A DNA stretch of 64,000 bases from Syntrophorhabdaceae bacterium (GCA_963666485.2 CAXXUO010000009.1:32001-96000), one strand, 5' to 3'; numbered from the stretch's first letter, positions 20,284 to 30,147 are shown. Made by a program: numbers and translations. Notes: generated from the letters alone by a model not told the origin.

Positions 20284-20736
20284 ATGTTCCACATATCGAG
20301 AAAAGCTGAATACGCAATACGAGGGATGCTATACCTGGCATGCAAGCCGGAGAACGAGGTTGCATCGATCAGGGACATTGCCGCTTTCGCGGAAGCGTCC
20401 CAGACATTCCTGGCGAAGATATTTCAGCAGTTCAATAAACTTGGTATCGTCAGGTCATACCGCGGGACAGGGGGAGGTTTCCTCCTTGGGCGCCCTGCCG
20501 GGGAGATTTCTCTTCTCGATATCGTAGAGGCTGTTGACGGCCCGATCCTCGTCAATTCCTGCGTGCTCAGGAAGGGGACCTGCAGCAGGGACGAAACATG
20601 TCCCGTCCATCCTGTCTGGAAAGAAATTCAGCAAGAGATGAAGAAAATGCTAAGCACCGTTACCCTGGCGGGCCTCGCGGCAGCGATGCCCGGGAGGCAA
20701 GTGCCCGGCGTTTCGCCTGATAAACCACAATCATAA
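20284..20736 (+). CDS. Rrf2 family transcriptional regulator
   Basis: YAIRGMLYLA, FLAKIFQ, SYRGTGGGF, ISLLDIVEAVDG, Cys triad C-X5-C-X5-C. Confidence 0.92.
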   Translation: MFHISRKAEYAIRGMLYLACKPENEVASIRDIAAFAEASQTFLAKIFQQFNKLGIVRSYRGTGGGFLLGRPAGEISLLDIVEAVDGPILVNSCVLRKGTCSRDETCPVHPVWKEIQQEMKKMLSTVTLAGLAAAMPGRQVPGVSPDKPQS

Positions 20737-20748
20737 AGGAGACAGAAA

Positions 20749-21294
20749 ATGAAAAAGTATGTTTGTTCCATTTGCGGTTACAACTATGAAGGGTCCAACG
20801 CCCCGGACAAGTGCCCCCAGTGCGGCGCCCCCGCAGACAAGTTCACCGAGCAGGCATCCACCGGATTGGCCTGGGCCGACGACCATGTGATCGGAGTAGC
20901 CAAAGATGTCGATGCAAAGGTCCTGGAAGGCCTGCGTTTGAACTTCCAGGGTGAGTGCACCGAGGTCGGAATGTACCTTGCGATGGGCAGGCAGGCGGAG
21001 CGCGAAGGGTACCACGAAGTTGCGGATGCTTTCCGGCGTTTCGCATTTGAAGAAGCCGAGCACGCCGCTAAATTTGCCGAATTGCTCGGAGAGGTCCTGA
21101 CCGCCGATACACGGAAAAACCTCGAGATGCGCGCGAATGCGGAAAACGGCGCATGCAAGGGGAAAAAGGAACTTGCCGTTCTGGCCAAACAGTTAAACTA
21201 TGACGCAGTGCATGATACCGTTCACGAGATGTGCAAGGATGAAGCGCGCCACGGGAAGGCGTTTCTCGGTCTTCTGAACAGATATTTCAAATAA
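20749..21294 (+). CDS. Reverse rubrerythrin / NADH peroxidase
   Basis: N-terminal rubredoxin (CSICGY...CPQCG) then ferritin-like [21 protein letters not shown]. Confidence 0.92.
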   Translation: MKKYVCSICGYNYEGSNAPDKCPQCGAPADKFTEQASTGLAWADDHVIGVAKDVDAKVLEGLRLNFQGECTEVGMYLAMGRQAEREGYHEVADAFRRFAFEEAEHAAKFAELLGEVLTADTRKNLEMRANAENGACKGKKELAVLAKQLNYDAVHDTVHEMCKDEARHGKAFLGLLNRYFK

Positions 21295-21328
21295 CGTGCA
21301 GCATCCGACCTGCCGTCGGGCTTGACCA

Positions 21329-21377
21329 AAAGCGGCACGGTCCATGAATGCATGGACCGTGCCGCTTTCATTTTTTT
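21329..21377 (+). terminator. Intrinsic terminator after rubrerythrin
   Basis: Perfect 18-bp stem AAAGCGGCACGGTCCATG/CATGGACCGTGCCGCTTT, 4-nt loop, T-tract. Confidence 0.8.
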
Positions 21378-21474
21378 CTTCCCCTTTCAAATCAAATTTG
21401 AGAATATACCGTATCGCGTCCCCCCATCGAAAATAAGGAGGAAAAGCGATAAAAAAACTTCAAGGAAACAACCT

Positions 21475-22134
21475 ATGAAAGCAAAGACCGCAGTGTTTTA
21501 TTTCGTGTGCATCACGGTGCTCTTCACTTTGATGGCCCCCCTGCCCGGCCACTGTCAGCGCGGCAGGGACGCAGGGGACCAGGATTATTACGCTCTCCTG
21601 AAAAGGCTCAAGAACAACGACATGTCGATCAACTTTCAGAGCCTGAGAATCGCATATACGCGAACACCCGACTACAGGCCTTACGGCAGCGCCGGACCAA
21701 AGGATGCAGCGTTTGAGGCACTCAGCAAAAAAGACTTTGCCGGTGCGCTCAAATCCGCTCAAGCCGTACTGGATACGAATTACGTCGACCTCGATATTCA
21801 CCTTTTATGCAGGATCGCGTACCGCGAAACGGGAAATGCCGAAAAAGAGGCATTTCACACCTCTGTCCTGAAGGGGCTCGTGAACTCCATCTATAACTCG
21901 GGGGATGGAAGCAGCCCTGAAAAGGCTATGGTCGTCATTTCCGTTCCGGAAGAATATTTCCTGATGAATGCCAACGGGCTGCACCTGCTCAAACAGAAAA
22001 GCCTCACCGTCAACGGTCATGATTACGATGCAATGGATGTCGAAAATAAAAAGACCAGGGAGAAAAAAACCCTCTATTTCAACATTGATATCCCTCGCCA
22101 GTGGCTGGCAAAGAATTTGAAAAAAGGCGAGTGA
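21475..22134 (+). CDS. Exported protein, DUF4919-like
   Basis: Signal peptide; SIYNSGDGSSPEKAMVVISVPEEY; YFNID. Confidence 0.75.
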   Translation: MKAKTAVFYFVCITVLFTLMAPLPGHCQRGRDAGDQDYYALLKRLKNNDMSINFQSLRIAYTRTPDYRPYGSAGPKDAAFEALSKKDFAGALKSAQAVLDTNYVDLDIHLLCRIAYRETGNAEKEAFHTSVLKGLVNSIYNSGDGSSPEKAMVVISVPEEYFLMNANGLHLLKQKSLTVNGHDYDAMDVENKKTREKKTLYFNIDIPRQWLAKNLKKGE

Positions 22135-22188
22135 CCGAAGGATCACCCTGCCCTCGCTGGCCCAGGGACGGAACCGCCCGGCCGCACA

Positions 22189-23034
22189 CTAATAATCGAT
22201 GACCCGCAGCTCCTTCAGGATCTCGAGGGTGATCGCCTTGCGGGCCGGTCCGAATGAATCGGTGAGGTCTGCCCGCTCGATATTTGTCGCGTAAAAATAA
22301 ACATTGTCCTTCGTTTCAACATATCCCACGAGCCAGCCGATCCTGGGCGCTGCCCTCAGGGCGAGCCCCGTCTTCCCGCTCAACCTGTACGTATCGGTCC
22401 TTGCCAGTTCGATGATCTCCTTGACCTTATCAATGTTCTCCTTCTTCACGGGCAGCCTGTCGTAATAGAACTTTTTCAGGAACTCTATCTGCTCCATCTG
22501 CGATATTGCGAGGGCCCCGTCAACCCAGAACGTATCGACGGCCCCGGTCAGGTCCCGGTTCCCGTAGTTAAAGAGATCGTAATATTTCTGCATCGTCTCC
22601 CTGCCCGCTTTCCGGGCGCATGCCTGGTAGAACCACATGACGGAATTCTTCATTGCGGAGCGCAGCGTCTGGTCCTCGTTCCAGCCCGGAAAATCATACC
22701 GGGTCCCGTCCCATTTCAGGACCGGCCGGTCCGCGTCCTCGATTATACCGGTTTCGAGAAAGATAAGTGCGTTGGGTATCTTTGTGGTCGATGCCGGCGT
22801 GAACCTTTTCAGGGTCCGCGCATAATTCACGGCGGTGTATGTCCCGCTCCCGGCATCGTACAGGAGAAACGAACCGTCGACGCCGAATTTCGTGAAGACC
22901 TTCGCCAGGTCCGGCCTTTCGATGGTCTGCTGCCGGGTCGGGACCGGGCTGTTCGCGGCGGCGGGACCGGCTGACGCGTGCCCCGCGCACGTGATCGCTA
23001 TTATGAGAAGCATGACCAAAAATATATGTTTCAT
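22189..23034 (-). CDS. Class D beta-lactamase / penicillin-binding transpeptidase-like protein
   Basis: Signal peptide; PASTTK, SVM, YGN, FW, KTG, GWLVG motifs; GAGGTG RBS before ATG 23034. Confidence 0.88.
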   Translation of the reverse strand: MKHIFLVMLLIIAITCAGHASAGPAAANSPVPTRQQTIERPDLAKVFTKFGVDGSFLLYDAGSGTYTAVNYARTLKRFTPASTTKIPNALIFLETGIIEDADRPVLKWDGTRYDFPGWNEDQTLRSAMKNSVMWFYQACARKAGRETMQKYYDLFNYGNRDLTGAVDTFWVDGALAISQMEQIEFLKKFYYDRLPVKKENIDKVKEIIELARTDTYRLSGKTGLALRAAPRIGWLVGYVETKDNVYFYATNIERADLTDSFGPARKAITLEILKELRVIDY

Positions 23035-23207
23035 GAAAACACCTCGTTCTTCAGACTGCCGGGCAATACCGTCCCCTTTCTCCGCCCATATTACCATCTC
23101 GTGAGCGGATCCTCAACACGGCCGGAGCGATCTGCTTTACACTGCCGCAATTATGGGTTCTAATAGTGATGAAACGCCCGGGAGAACACACCTGAACGGA
23201 GGCCAGA

Positions 23208-23387
23208 ATGAAAAAAGGTGCACGATGCCCTGTCTGCGGATCGCTTCACATCGAGAAGAAACCTGCCCCGGCCCCTGCCGGCACAGAACCATCGGCAGAC
23301 AAGGCCCAGGCCGATACCGCCGCCAAGCCGAACTGGAAATGCTTCGACTGTTACCGTAATTTCGAAAAGCCGGACGAAACGGGCTGA
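23208..23387 (+). CDS. Small zinc-ribbon protein (59 aa), not in the ORF track
   Basis: GGAGG RBS; MKKGARCPVCGSLHIEKK...NWKCFDCYRNFEKPDETG with two CxxC pairs. Confidence 0.75.
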   Translation: MKKGARCPVCGSLHIEKKPAPAPAGTEPSADKAQADTAAKPNWKCFDCYRNFEKPDETG

Positions 23388-23536
23388 TAAAAGCCCTGCC
23401 GATGGGGTTCCCGGCATACCGCCCCCCGAGGGGGCCGGAAACCAGGCGTTTCCCTTTATTACAATACTGATCATTCAATACTTTTTTGATTGCAAAAATT
23501 CCCTGCCTGCGTAAATATGACAGGACAGGAGAGAAC

Positions 23537-26500
23537 ATGACAGGAAGGGGCCGGTACAGTATTACGGTCATCCTCGTCGCCACGGCGCTTTCTCTAGTAT
23601 TGGTGACCGGCGGGGCCCGTGACGCACGGGGGTACAGCGCGGTCGAGACGCTCGATCTCAACACGCACGGCCTCATGCTGCGCGAAGCATACTCCCAGCT
23701 CTCCGCACATCCCGCCTTCAAGAACAGCCGGTTTCTTCCTATCGACAGGATCACGAAATCCGAGGGAGTATTTAAGGACATCCCGTGGAACCCCTTCCCG
23801 ACACAGGGCGGCGGCCCCGACGTCGACGGGGGGAGCAAGTACGGCGACCATTATTACAATCCCCGGACAGGCAAAGGGGGTGCGCCTGCCGCCGTAGGGA
23901 AATACTATTCCATCCTTGTAAAAAGCATGCTGGACGATCATGCCGCGGCGTCGGAGAGGGGCGCCGCATGGTCTGCCCATTTCCTCGCCGACATGTGCCT
24001 GCCCCACCACATTGTCGGAATACCGGCCGGGGAGGCGGAAGCGATCTACATAGGAGGGATCGACGGCAGGGCGCCCTGGAATCTCGACCCCAAAGAATCG
24101 GGCCCCCTGTGGCTCGGGACCACACCTTTCTCGAACAGCACCGCGTGGAATCTGTTCCTGGGCGACCTGTACAGCAAGTGGCCTGAATGGGGGACGACGC
24201 AGGATTTCAAACGGACCATCGAGGCGTTCCACTCTCTCGGCGGCGGGGGTGAGTCAGGTTTCCGGGATTGGTTCGATCCCTGGTACTACAACGGCTTGGG
24301 GTTAGGGATCGACCCGATCCAGCCGATAGGGCCGGTCGTCCACAATTCCAGTCACGCGAAATGGGAGGTATGGGCACACCTTGAACTGACCCGCGGCCCT
24401 CATCCCTATAAGGCGACAGTGAACGAAAGATTTCACCCCCAGTGGGAAAATGCCTGGCTCAGCTTTCATGAACAGGTCCCCTGGCGAGCACAGCAGGCAA
24501 AGGCCGAAGAGTTTGCGAAGAAGGCCGCACAGCAGACATATGACGACATGGAAAAGATCTTCAAGAACCCGAGATACGGCGTTGACGACGCCATATGGCG
24601 GATCATGACGCTATGGCGTGCATCCGTTACGGCTATGAGCATCTCCCTTGAGACCAAGGAGGACGCCGCGAACCCGGCCCGGCGCCAGGTCCGCGCCATC
24701 ATCCATAACGGGGAGAAAGAGAACGTCTTCGACGTCAGGGTGCGCGTCACCCTGACCGGCGACGGCAGCACCTTCCAGGAAACCAAAGATATCAAGGGCG
24801 GCATCTCTGCAGCACAATCCGGTACTGCCGATTTCTTTGTCGAGCCCCGGGACCAAAAGACCTGCAAAGTGCGCGTCGAGGTGATCGGCCATTACGAAAA
24901 AACCCCGGACCTGCAATACGCAGTTATGGAGCAGCCATTACAGGGGATAAAGAAATCCCGTGACGACGCTCAGAATGCGCAGCTGAAAGACACACTCGAC
25001 GCCCTCAAGCGGGCGGCGCAAAAAGCCGAGGAGTTCGCATCGTCGATAACCGCAGACTGCTCGTCGATAAAAAAGGAGCTCACGGCGTTGAACGGCGAGC
25101 TCGACAAGCTCAAGACGGCAATTGAATCACGGGAGAAAAAGATCCGCTCACTGGCCGGGATCGCAGATAATATCAGCAACAAAGTCGAATCGATCCGGCA
25201 ATGCCATCTCGATGCGGAGCAGGGTGCGACGAACGAAGGCGAGATCACCCACCGGGCGGAAGAGTATGCAAGGGCCCTGTGCGAGGCGACAAAGGCCATA
25301 CAGACCGCAAAGACAAAAGATGAACGCAGGCAGCTTTTCGCGGGCCTCACGTCGACGCAGGCCGACCTGAGGTTGTTCCTCAGCGAGGGCAATTCGATCA
25401 TGGAACGCATGCGCCAGTTGACGCAAAAAGCGCAAAACGCCCTGAACGAACTCGCACAGCTGGCCGGCGGACTGAGCAACGAGGACCGGGCATCTGCCGG
25501 CGAACCCGCGCAGGACATCGAAAAAAGGCTTTCGAAGATCAGGGAGAGGACAACATCCGCGCAGGACAGGCTCAACGAACTTCTGCGGCTTAAAGATGAA
25601 GCGGCAGCTGCCCACGAGAAGGGCAGGAAGATCGTGGCCTCGCTCGAGACAACGCCGGACGCCGAGAAGGAAAAGCTTTACCGGGAGATGGAACAATACG
25701 TGTCCCGCATCGACAGAGCGCGGGAGAAGGCAGCAGATTGTCCCGGACAGTGCCGCAGCGAGGCAGACGAGTCGGCACGGGCCGCAGCCCCGGTCATAGA
25801 GGCCGACACGAAATCGAGAGAGGCGCTCAAGAACGCCGGGGGAAATATTTTGCCCGGCGACATCAAGAAAGCCCGCGACACTGCGGGAATGGTGAAATAC
25901 CTTGAACAAATGGCAGCCGCATACATGGAGCGCATCAGGAGAGCATGCACGGACGGCGCGCTGTGCTTCACCCTCGCTGAGGACATCATGAAACGTCCCC
26001 TATATACCGTTATGCCCGACGTACGCGGAATGCAGATAGACGCCGCCGAGAAGGCCCTGCGCGACCGTCATTTCAGGCCGAACACGAGCATCATCGGTGC
26101 GGCCGCGAAAATGGACAAGGAATTCAAGGTCCAATCGCAGTCGCCTGCCGCGGGGGCGCGCGTCGAGGAAGAAAGCGCGGTGACCGTCTATTATTACGGG
26201 CAATTCAGTACGCGGGATGCGGTGGCGAATGCCAACTGCACCCGGTGGCCCGGATCCGTGGCATCCTGGGACGCCGCGAGAAAACAGGCCGTCTGCGTCT
26301 GCCCGCAGGGTACATCGTGGACGAAGAACCGGTCGTCGTGCATGGACAATCGCCAGATGGCTGTCAGCAACCTGAATTGCTCGCTTTACCCGGGGAGCGT
26401 CGCCATTTTCGACGACCGGACGAACCGGGCAGTCTGCGAGTGTACACAGGGACTGCGGTGGAACCGCAACCACACCCGCTGCGTCGACGCCGAGACGGCT

Positions 26501-27388
26501 GCGATGGAAACCGCCGACTGTTCGCGCTTCCCCGGAACCCGGCCGGTGTACCTGCGTGACCAGGGGCGGGTCGACTGTTTCTGCCCGCAGGGTGCCATGT
26601 GGGATGCCGCGAAAAACCGGTGCATCAGCCGCCAGGAATTCGACAATTACTGTAATCAAGTCGGTGCCAACTTGAGCGCTGCCGCCCGTGCCAACAACAT
26701 CGAACAATTCAGGCAGATCCTGCCCATGGCCCAGAACTGCGACTTTTACAACCAGGCGCTGGCCGACCTGCAGGCCATGGAACACAACCGGCAGATGGCC
26801 CTGGCGAACCAGCTGGGGTATAACCTCGGCACAACCATGGGTGGAATGACGAGACCCCCGCAGCCTCCGCCTTCTCCCGTACGTCCTCCGACCGGGGGCA
26901 CTGCCGTGGCAGGAACGACGCGTCCGACAACACCGCCGCCGGCCGTATCACCGGTGAAGCCGGGAGGTACGGGGACGACAAGCCCGGTAAAACCACCATC
27001 GACCGGCAGCCGGGGCAGCGTGGATTGTGACAAGAAGTTCTGTCCGATCTGCGGCACCGACAATATCGACCTCATGTTCAAGTCAGTCTCTCAGCAATGC
27101 AATGATTGCAGGACGAGGTTTGCCGCCCAGATCGCAGATTGCAACCGCGGAGGGGCGTCCGCCTCGACACCCGCTGCGACGGTTGCCCAGTTTAAGAACC
27201 ATGTCGTCCTCCAATGCGTCCAGCAAAAATGGAATCCCGGGACGCGCAATTATTCCACATCCACAGTTTATGCCGTCTATGGGCCGGGAAAACCGTATCC
27301 ACCCGGGAATTGTAAACAGGTCGGCAACCCTGATACAGAAGCCCAATGCAACATGCGGGCACAGTCATTGCAATATCCCCGCCGGTAA
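23537..27388 (+). CDS. Large secreted protein: Zn-dependent phospholipase C/P1-nuclease-like domain, coiled coil, PASTA, Cys repeats
   Basis: TH, GPD, DHYYNP, AHFLADMCLPHH, HAKWE motifs; PASTA MPDVRGM...VQSQSPAAG; three Cys repeats; AGGAG RBS before ATG 23537. Confidence 0.8.
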   Translation: MTGRGRYSITVILVATALSLVLVTGGARDARGYSAVETLDLNTHGLMLREAYSQLSAHPAFKNSRFLPIDRITKSEGVFKDIPWNPFPTQGGGPDVDGGSKYGDHYYNPRTGKGGAPAAVGKYYSILVKSMLDDHAAASERGAAWSAHFLADMCLPHHIVGIPAGEAEAIYIGGIDGRAPWNLDPKESGPLWLGTTPFSNSTAWNLFLGDLYSKWPEWGTTQDFKRTIEAFHSLGGGGESGFRDWFDPWYYNGLGLGIDPIQPIGPVVHNSSHAKWEVWAHLELTRGPHPYKATVNERFHPQWENAWLSFHEQVPWRAQQAKAEEFAKKAAQQTYDDMEKIFKNPRYGVDDAIWRIMTLWRASVTAMSISLETKEDAANPARRQVRAIIHNGEKENVFDVRVRVTLTGDGSTFQETKDIKGGISAAQSGTADFFVEPRDQKTCKVRVEVIGHYEKTPDLQYAVMEQPLQGIKKSRDDAQNAQLKDTLDALKRAAQKAEEFASSITADCSSIKKELTALNGELDKLKTAIESREKKIRSLAGIADNISNKVESIRQCHLDAEQGATNEGEITHRAEEYARALCEATKAIQTAKTKDERRQLFAGLTSTQADLRLFLSEGNSIMERMRQLTQKAQNALNELAQLAGGLSNEDRASAGEPAQDIEKRLSKIRERTTSAQDRLNELLRLKDEAAAAHEKGRKIVASLETTPDAEKEKLYREMEQYVSRIDRAREKAADCPGQCRSEADESARAAAPVIEADTKSREALKNAGGNILPGDIKKARDTAGMVKYLEQMAAAYMERIRRACTDGALCFTLAEDIMKRPLYTVMPDVRGMQIDAAEKALRDRHFRPNTSIIGAAAKMDKEFKVQSQSPAAGARVEEESAVTVYYYGQFSTRDAVANANCTRWPGSVASWDAARKQAVCVCPQGTSWTKNRSSCMDNRQMAVSNLNCSLYPGSVAIFDDRTNRAVCECTQGLRWNRNHTRCVDAETAAMETADCSRFPGTRPVYLRDQGRVDCFCPQGAMWDAAKNRCISRQEFDNYCNQVGANLSAAARANNIEQFRQILPMAQNCDFYNQALADLQAMEHNRQMALANQLGYNLGTTMGGMTRPPQPPPSPVRPPTGGTAVAGTTRPTTPPPAVSPVKPGGTGTTSPVKPPSTGSRGSVDCDKKFCPICGTDNIDLMFKSVSQQCNDCRTRFAAQIADCNRGGASASTPAATVAQFKNHVVLQCVQQKWNPGTRNYSTSTVYAVYGPGKPYPPGNCKQVGNPDTEAQCNMRAQSLQYPRR

Positions 27389-27401
27389 CAGGTAAAGGGG
27401 T

Positions 27402-28940
27402 ATGAGGAGCACCATGAACGGAAGGCCATCACCGAAGCTGTTAGCCCTTTTTCTCTTTCTGGTCCTGCTCGCGGTCGTCCTTGCGCACAGTGCATCAGCC
27501 GAGGTCACGGGCAACGTGGTATCCGTCAGCGGGAGATCGGTGGAAATAAAACTCGATGGCCCGGGAAACGTCCGCCCCGGGGACAGGGTGGAACTCAGCT
27601 ACGTCACTGCGGCAGGCGCATCCCTCTCTGTCGGGACATGGCGCGTCAGGACGGTAAAGGGCAACTCGGTCACCGCCGACCCGGTCAACAGCCCTACAGC
27701 GCCCGTCGCCGGCCTGAAGGCAACGCTCTTTCCGGCAGAAAAAGCGGATACGAGAAGACCGGGAAAACCGCCGCAACCGGGAGGCCGGCCGCAAAGTCCT
27801 CCCGTGGCGGCCCCACCGGTCACGCCGGCGGCCGCTGTCTGGCTTGGTTTCGATATCGGGGTCATAGAGGGTGCAGCGGGCGGGTCAGGCGGGATCCTCG
27901 ACAGCCTGCAGAGTATCTTTAGCGATAACAAAGGAGGAAGGACGGCAGTTGCCTATGTCTATACCGGAAGCCCCGCGTACAATGCCGGGCTCAAAGTACA
28001 GGACATCATCCTCGAGGTGAACGGAAAACCTGCCGGAAGCCCCGCAGATATATCCCGGCTGGTGCACCAGATGAAACCGGGAACGCCGGTGTCGTTCGCA
28101 GTCGAACGAAAGGGTTCCCGCATCCCCGTGACCATGACGGTCGAGCCGCTGCCTCAGTACATGGTGATCGCCGATCGTGCGAAGAAATACTATGACGCGT
28201 CGCGCTTCGCCGATGCGATAAAGGAGTACTCCCGGGCTATAGAACTGAAGAACGATGTCCCGGAATTTTATTTTTACCGCGGATTTTGCCAGTACACACA
28301 AAACCAGTTCAACACCGCGGAAGGCGATTTCACAAGAAGCATCGAACTCAATCCGCAGTCCCCCACTGCCTACGCCTTCCGGGGGCTCGTCCGGGCATTG
28401 ATGGCACAGTTCGATGCCGCCATCGCTGATTACGACACGGCGTTAAAGATCGGCCCGCAGGCAAGCTGGATATTCCGCCAACGGGCGATCGCCCATGCTG
28501 TCAAAGGACAATTTGGCAATGCCCTCTCCGACATGGACCGGGCGATCGAGGTAAGTCCGCAAGACCCTGCAGCCCTGTCGGAGCTCTATTTCGAACGCGC
28601 AAAGATCTTAACGGACCTTAAGAGGCCGGATGACGCGATGACCGACATCAACAAGGCCATCGAATTGGGAAAGACAAATGCGCAGGCATACGGGTACCGC
28701 TGCCATTTGTTTAATCTTAAAAAGGACTACCGGCAGGCGCTCGCAGACTGCAACAGGTCGATCGACCTCGACAGGAACCTTTTCGCAACGTACGTGACAC
28801 GGGCTGAAACATACGAAGCGCTTGGAAATAACCGGCAGGCGCTCGCAGACATGCGCCAGGCATTGGCCCTGCGGCCGCAGGAAAAATACGTCCAGGAACA
28901 TGTAAAGCGCCTGACCGCAAAGGCCTCGGGGAACCGCTAG
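27402..28940 (+). CDS. Exported PDZ + TPR protein
   Basis: Signal peptide; PDZ WLGF...GSPAYNAGLKVQDIILEVNG; multiple TPR repeats. Confidence 0.85.
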   Translation: MRSTMNGRPSPKLLALFLFLVLLAVVLAHSASAEVTGNVVSVSGRSVEIKLDGPGNVRPGDRVELSYVTAAGASLSVGTWRVRTVKGNSVTADPVNSPTAPVAGLKATLFPAEKADTRRPGKPPQPGGRPQSPPVAAPPVTPAAAVWLGFDIGVIEGAAGGSGGILDSLQSIFSDNKGGRTAVAYVYTGSPAYNAGLKVQDIILEVNGKPAGSPADISRLVHQMKPGTPVSFAVERKGSRIPVTMTVEPLPQYMVIADRAKKYYDASRFADAIKEYSRAIELKNDVPEFYFYRGFCQYTQNQFNTAEGDFTRSIELNPQSPTAYAFRGLVRALMAQFDAAIADYDTALKIGPQASWIFRQRAIAHAVKGQFGNALSDMDRAIEVSPQDPAALSELYFERAKILTDLKRPDDAMTDINKAIELGKTNAQAYGYRCHLFNLKKDYRQALADCNRSIDLDRNLFATYVTRAETYEALGNNRQALADMRQALALRPQEKYVQEHVKRLTAKASGNR

Positions 28941-28958
28941 AAAACCTTACCTTCCCTG

Positions 28959-29402
28959 TCATAAACCGGTCGCATGCTGTTCGTCTTTCGTGGCCGGAGG
29001 TTGTTTGAGGCACGAGCGGGCCTTGTCATGATATGCTTTTTTTCTCTTTGTGATCTCGTCCTTCCACCCGCACTCCTGGAGGACATTCCAGGCCTCATCC
29101 CACATGCCCGGCTTGTTCCTGCCAGCGTAGTACGCGTCGCAGCACCGCTTTGACGGTGACTCCTGGGCCGAATGCATGGGCTGGCAGCTGTATTTTGAAA
29201 AGGAGCCCTTGTCCCGGATCTTTGGGTACCCGTTCACGGCATCGTCATAACTTTTCTTCTCAATCCTGACACACTCCCGCACCTCGCCGGACGCCCGGTT
29301 AAGGACAGACTCCAGTTCGCGATCGTCGTCTGCACCACCCTGGGCCTGCAAAAAGGCGGGAATAAAAAGGCAGAACAAAAACACATATATGATCCGGCGC
29401 AT
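28959..29402 (-). CDS. Small exported Cys-rich hypothetical protein
   Basis: Signal peptide, AGGGG RBS, six Cys in the mature part. Confidence 0.65.
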   Translation of the reverse strand: MRRIIYVFLFCLFIPAFLQAQGGADDDRELESVLNRASGEVRECVRIEKKSYDDAVNGYPKIRDKGSFSKYSCQPMHSAQESPSKRCCDAYYAGRNKPGMWDEAWNVLQECGWKDEITKRKKAYHDKARSCLKQPPATKDEQHATGL

Positions 29403-29587
29403 TCCCCTTTCTCCCTGAACCGGCTTATAGATCTGCGAAATAACAATGACCCCAAACGAGGCGCGGCAGCAGCGCGTCCCGCTGTTATTGCGCTTTTTCC
29501 CCTAATGGTATAGCATTGATGTAACGAAGACAAGGAAATAGGGACTGGCAGAAAAAGGAAAGTAAGAACACCTACAAGGGAGGTACC

Positions 29588-29893
29588 GTGAACCATATCA
29601 TCGGTATTATCTGGTTTGAGAACGAGGCTTCTTACCGCAGGGCGCTTGACCTCTTTACCGATTCGCACAATATGCCTTCCGCCTTCGAACAATGGAAGTC
29701 CCTCATCAGGAGGGAGCTTGATGAGATCAAGAATGCCGGTAATATCGCCCTGCGCATAGACTTCGATCCGGAAGCATTTACCGGTTTTTGCCGCTCACGC
29801 GGATTTCAGGCCAATTCCCAGGCACGGGAGGCATTCGCCGAGCATTTCGTGCTCGAATATCAGAAGACCGGGAAGGGAACGGTCATTCAATAA
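29588..29893 (+). CDS. Hypothetical protein
   Basis: GGGAGG RBS with GTG start; protein-like composition. Confidence 0.7.
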   Translation: MNHIIGIIWFENEASYRRALDLFTDSHNMPSAFEQWKSLIRRELDEIKNAGNIALRIDFDPEAFTGFCRSRGFQANSQAREAFAEHFVLEYQKTGKGTVIQ

Positions 29894-29907
29894 CGCAGGA
29901 GGCAGGC

Positions 29908-30147
29908 ATGAGCGTTCGGGACATGAAAGGTGACCCAGCCGTCTGGGAGAGATTGTCGTGGGCGGATCTAAGCGGTGAAGAAAGGGAGCTCTGGGCCGTT
30001 CTCGGCTGGCGGGAGGACATGTGGGACCGCAACGAAGCGCCGCCAAGCACCGACAAGGCCTGGAAAGACCTGACCTATCAGGAGCAGGGAGCCGCTATGG
30101 GCCTTGGATTTACCGAGAGCGTCTGGGATAATTTCGAGGATGAATAA
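29908..30147 (+). CDS. Small Trp-rich two-repeat protein
   Basis: AGGAGG RBS; WADLSGEERELWAVLGWREDMWD and WKDLTYQEQGAAMGLGFTESVWD. Confidence 0.7.
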   Translation: MSVRDMKGDPAVWERLSWADLSGEERELWAVLGWREDMWDRNEAPPSTDKAWKDLTYQEQGAAMGLGFTESVWDNFEDE

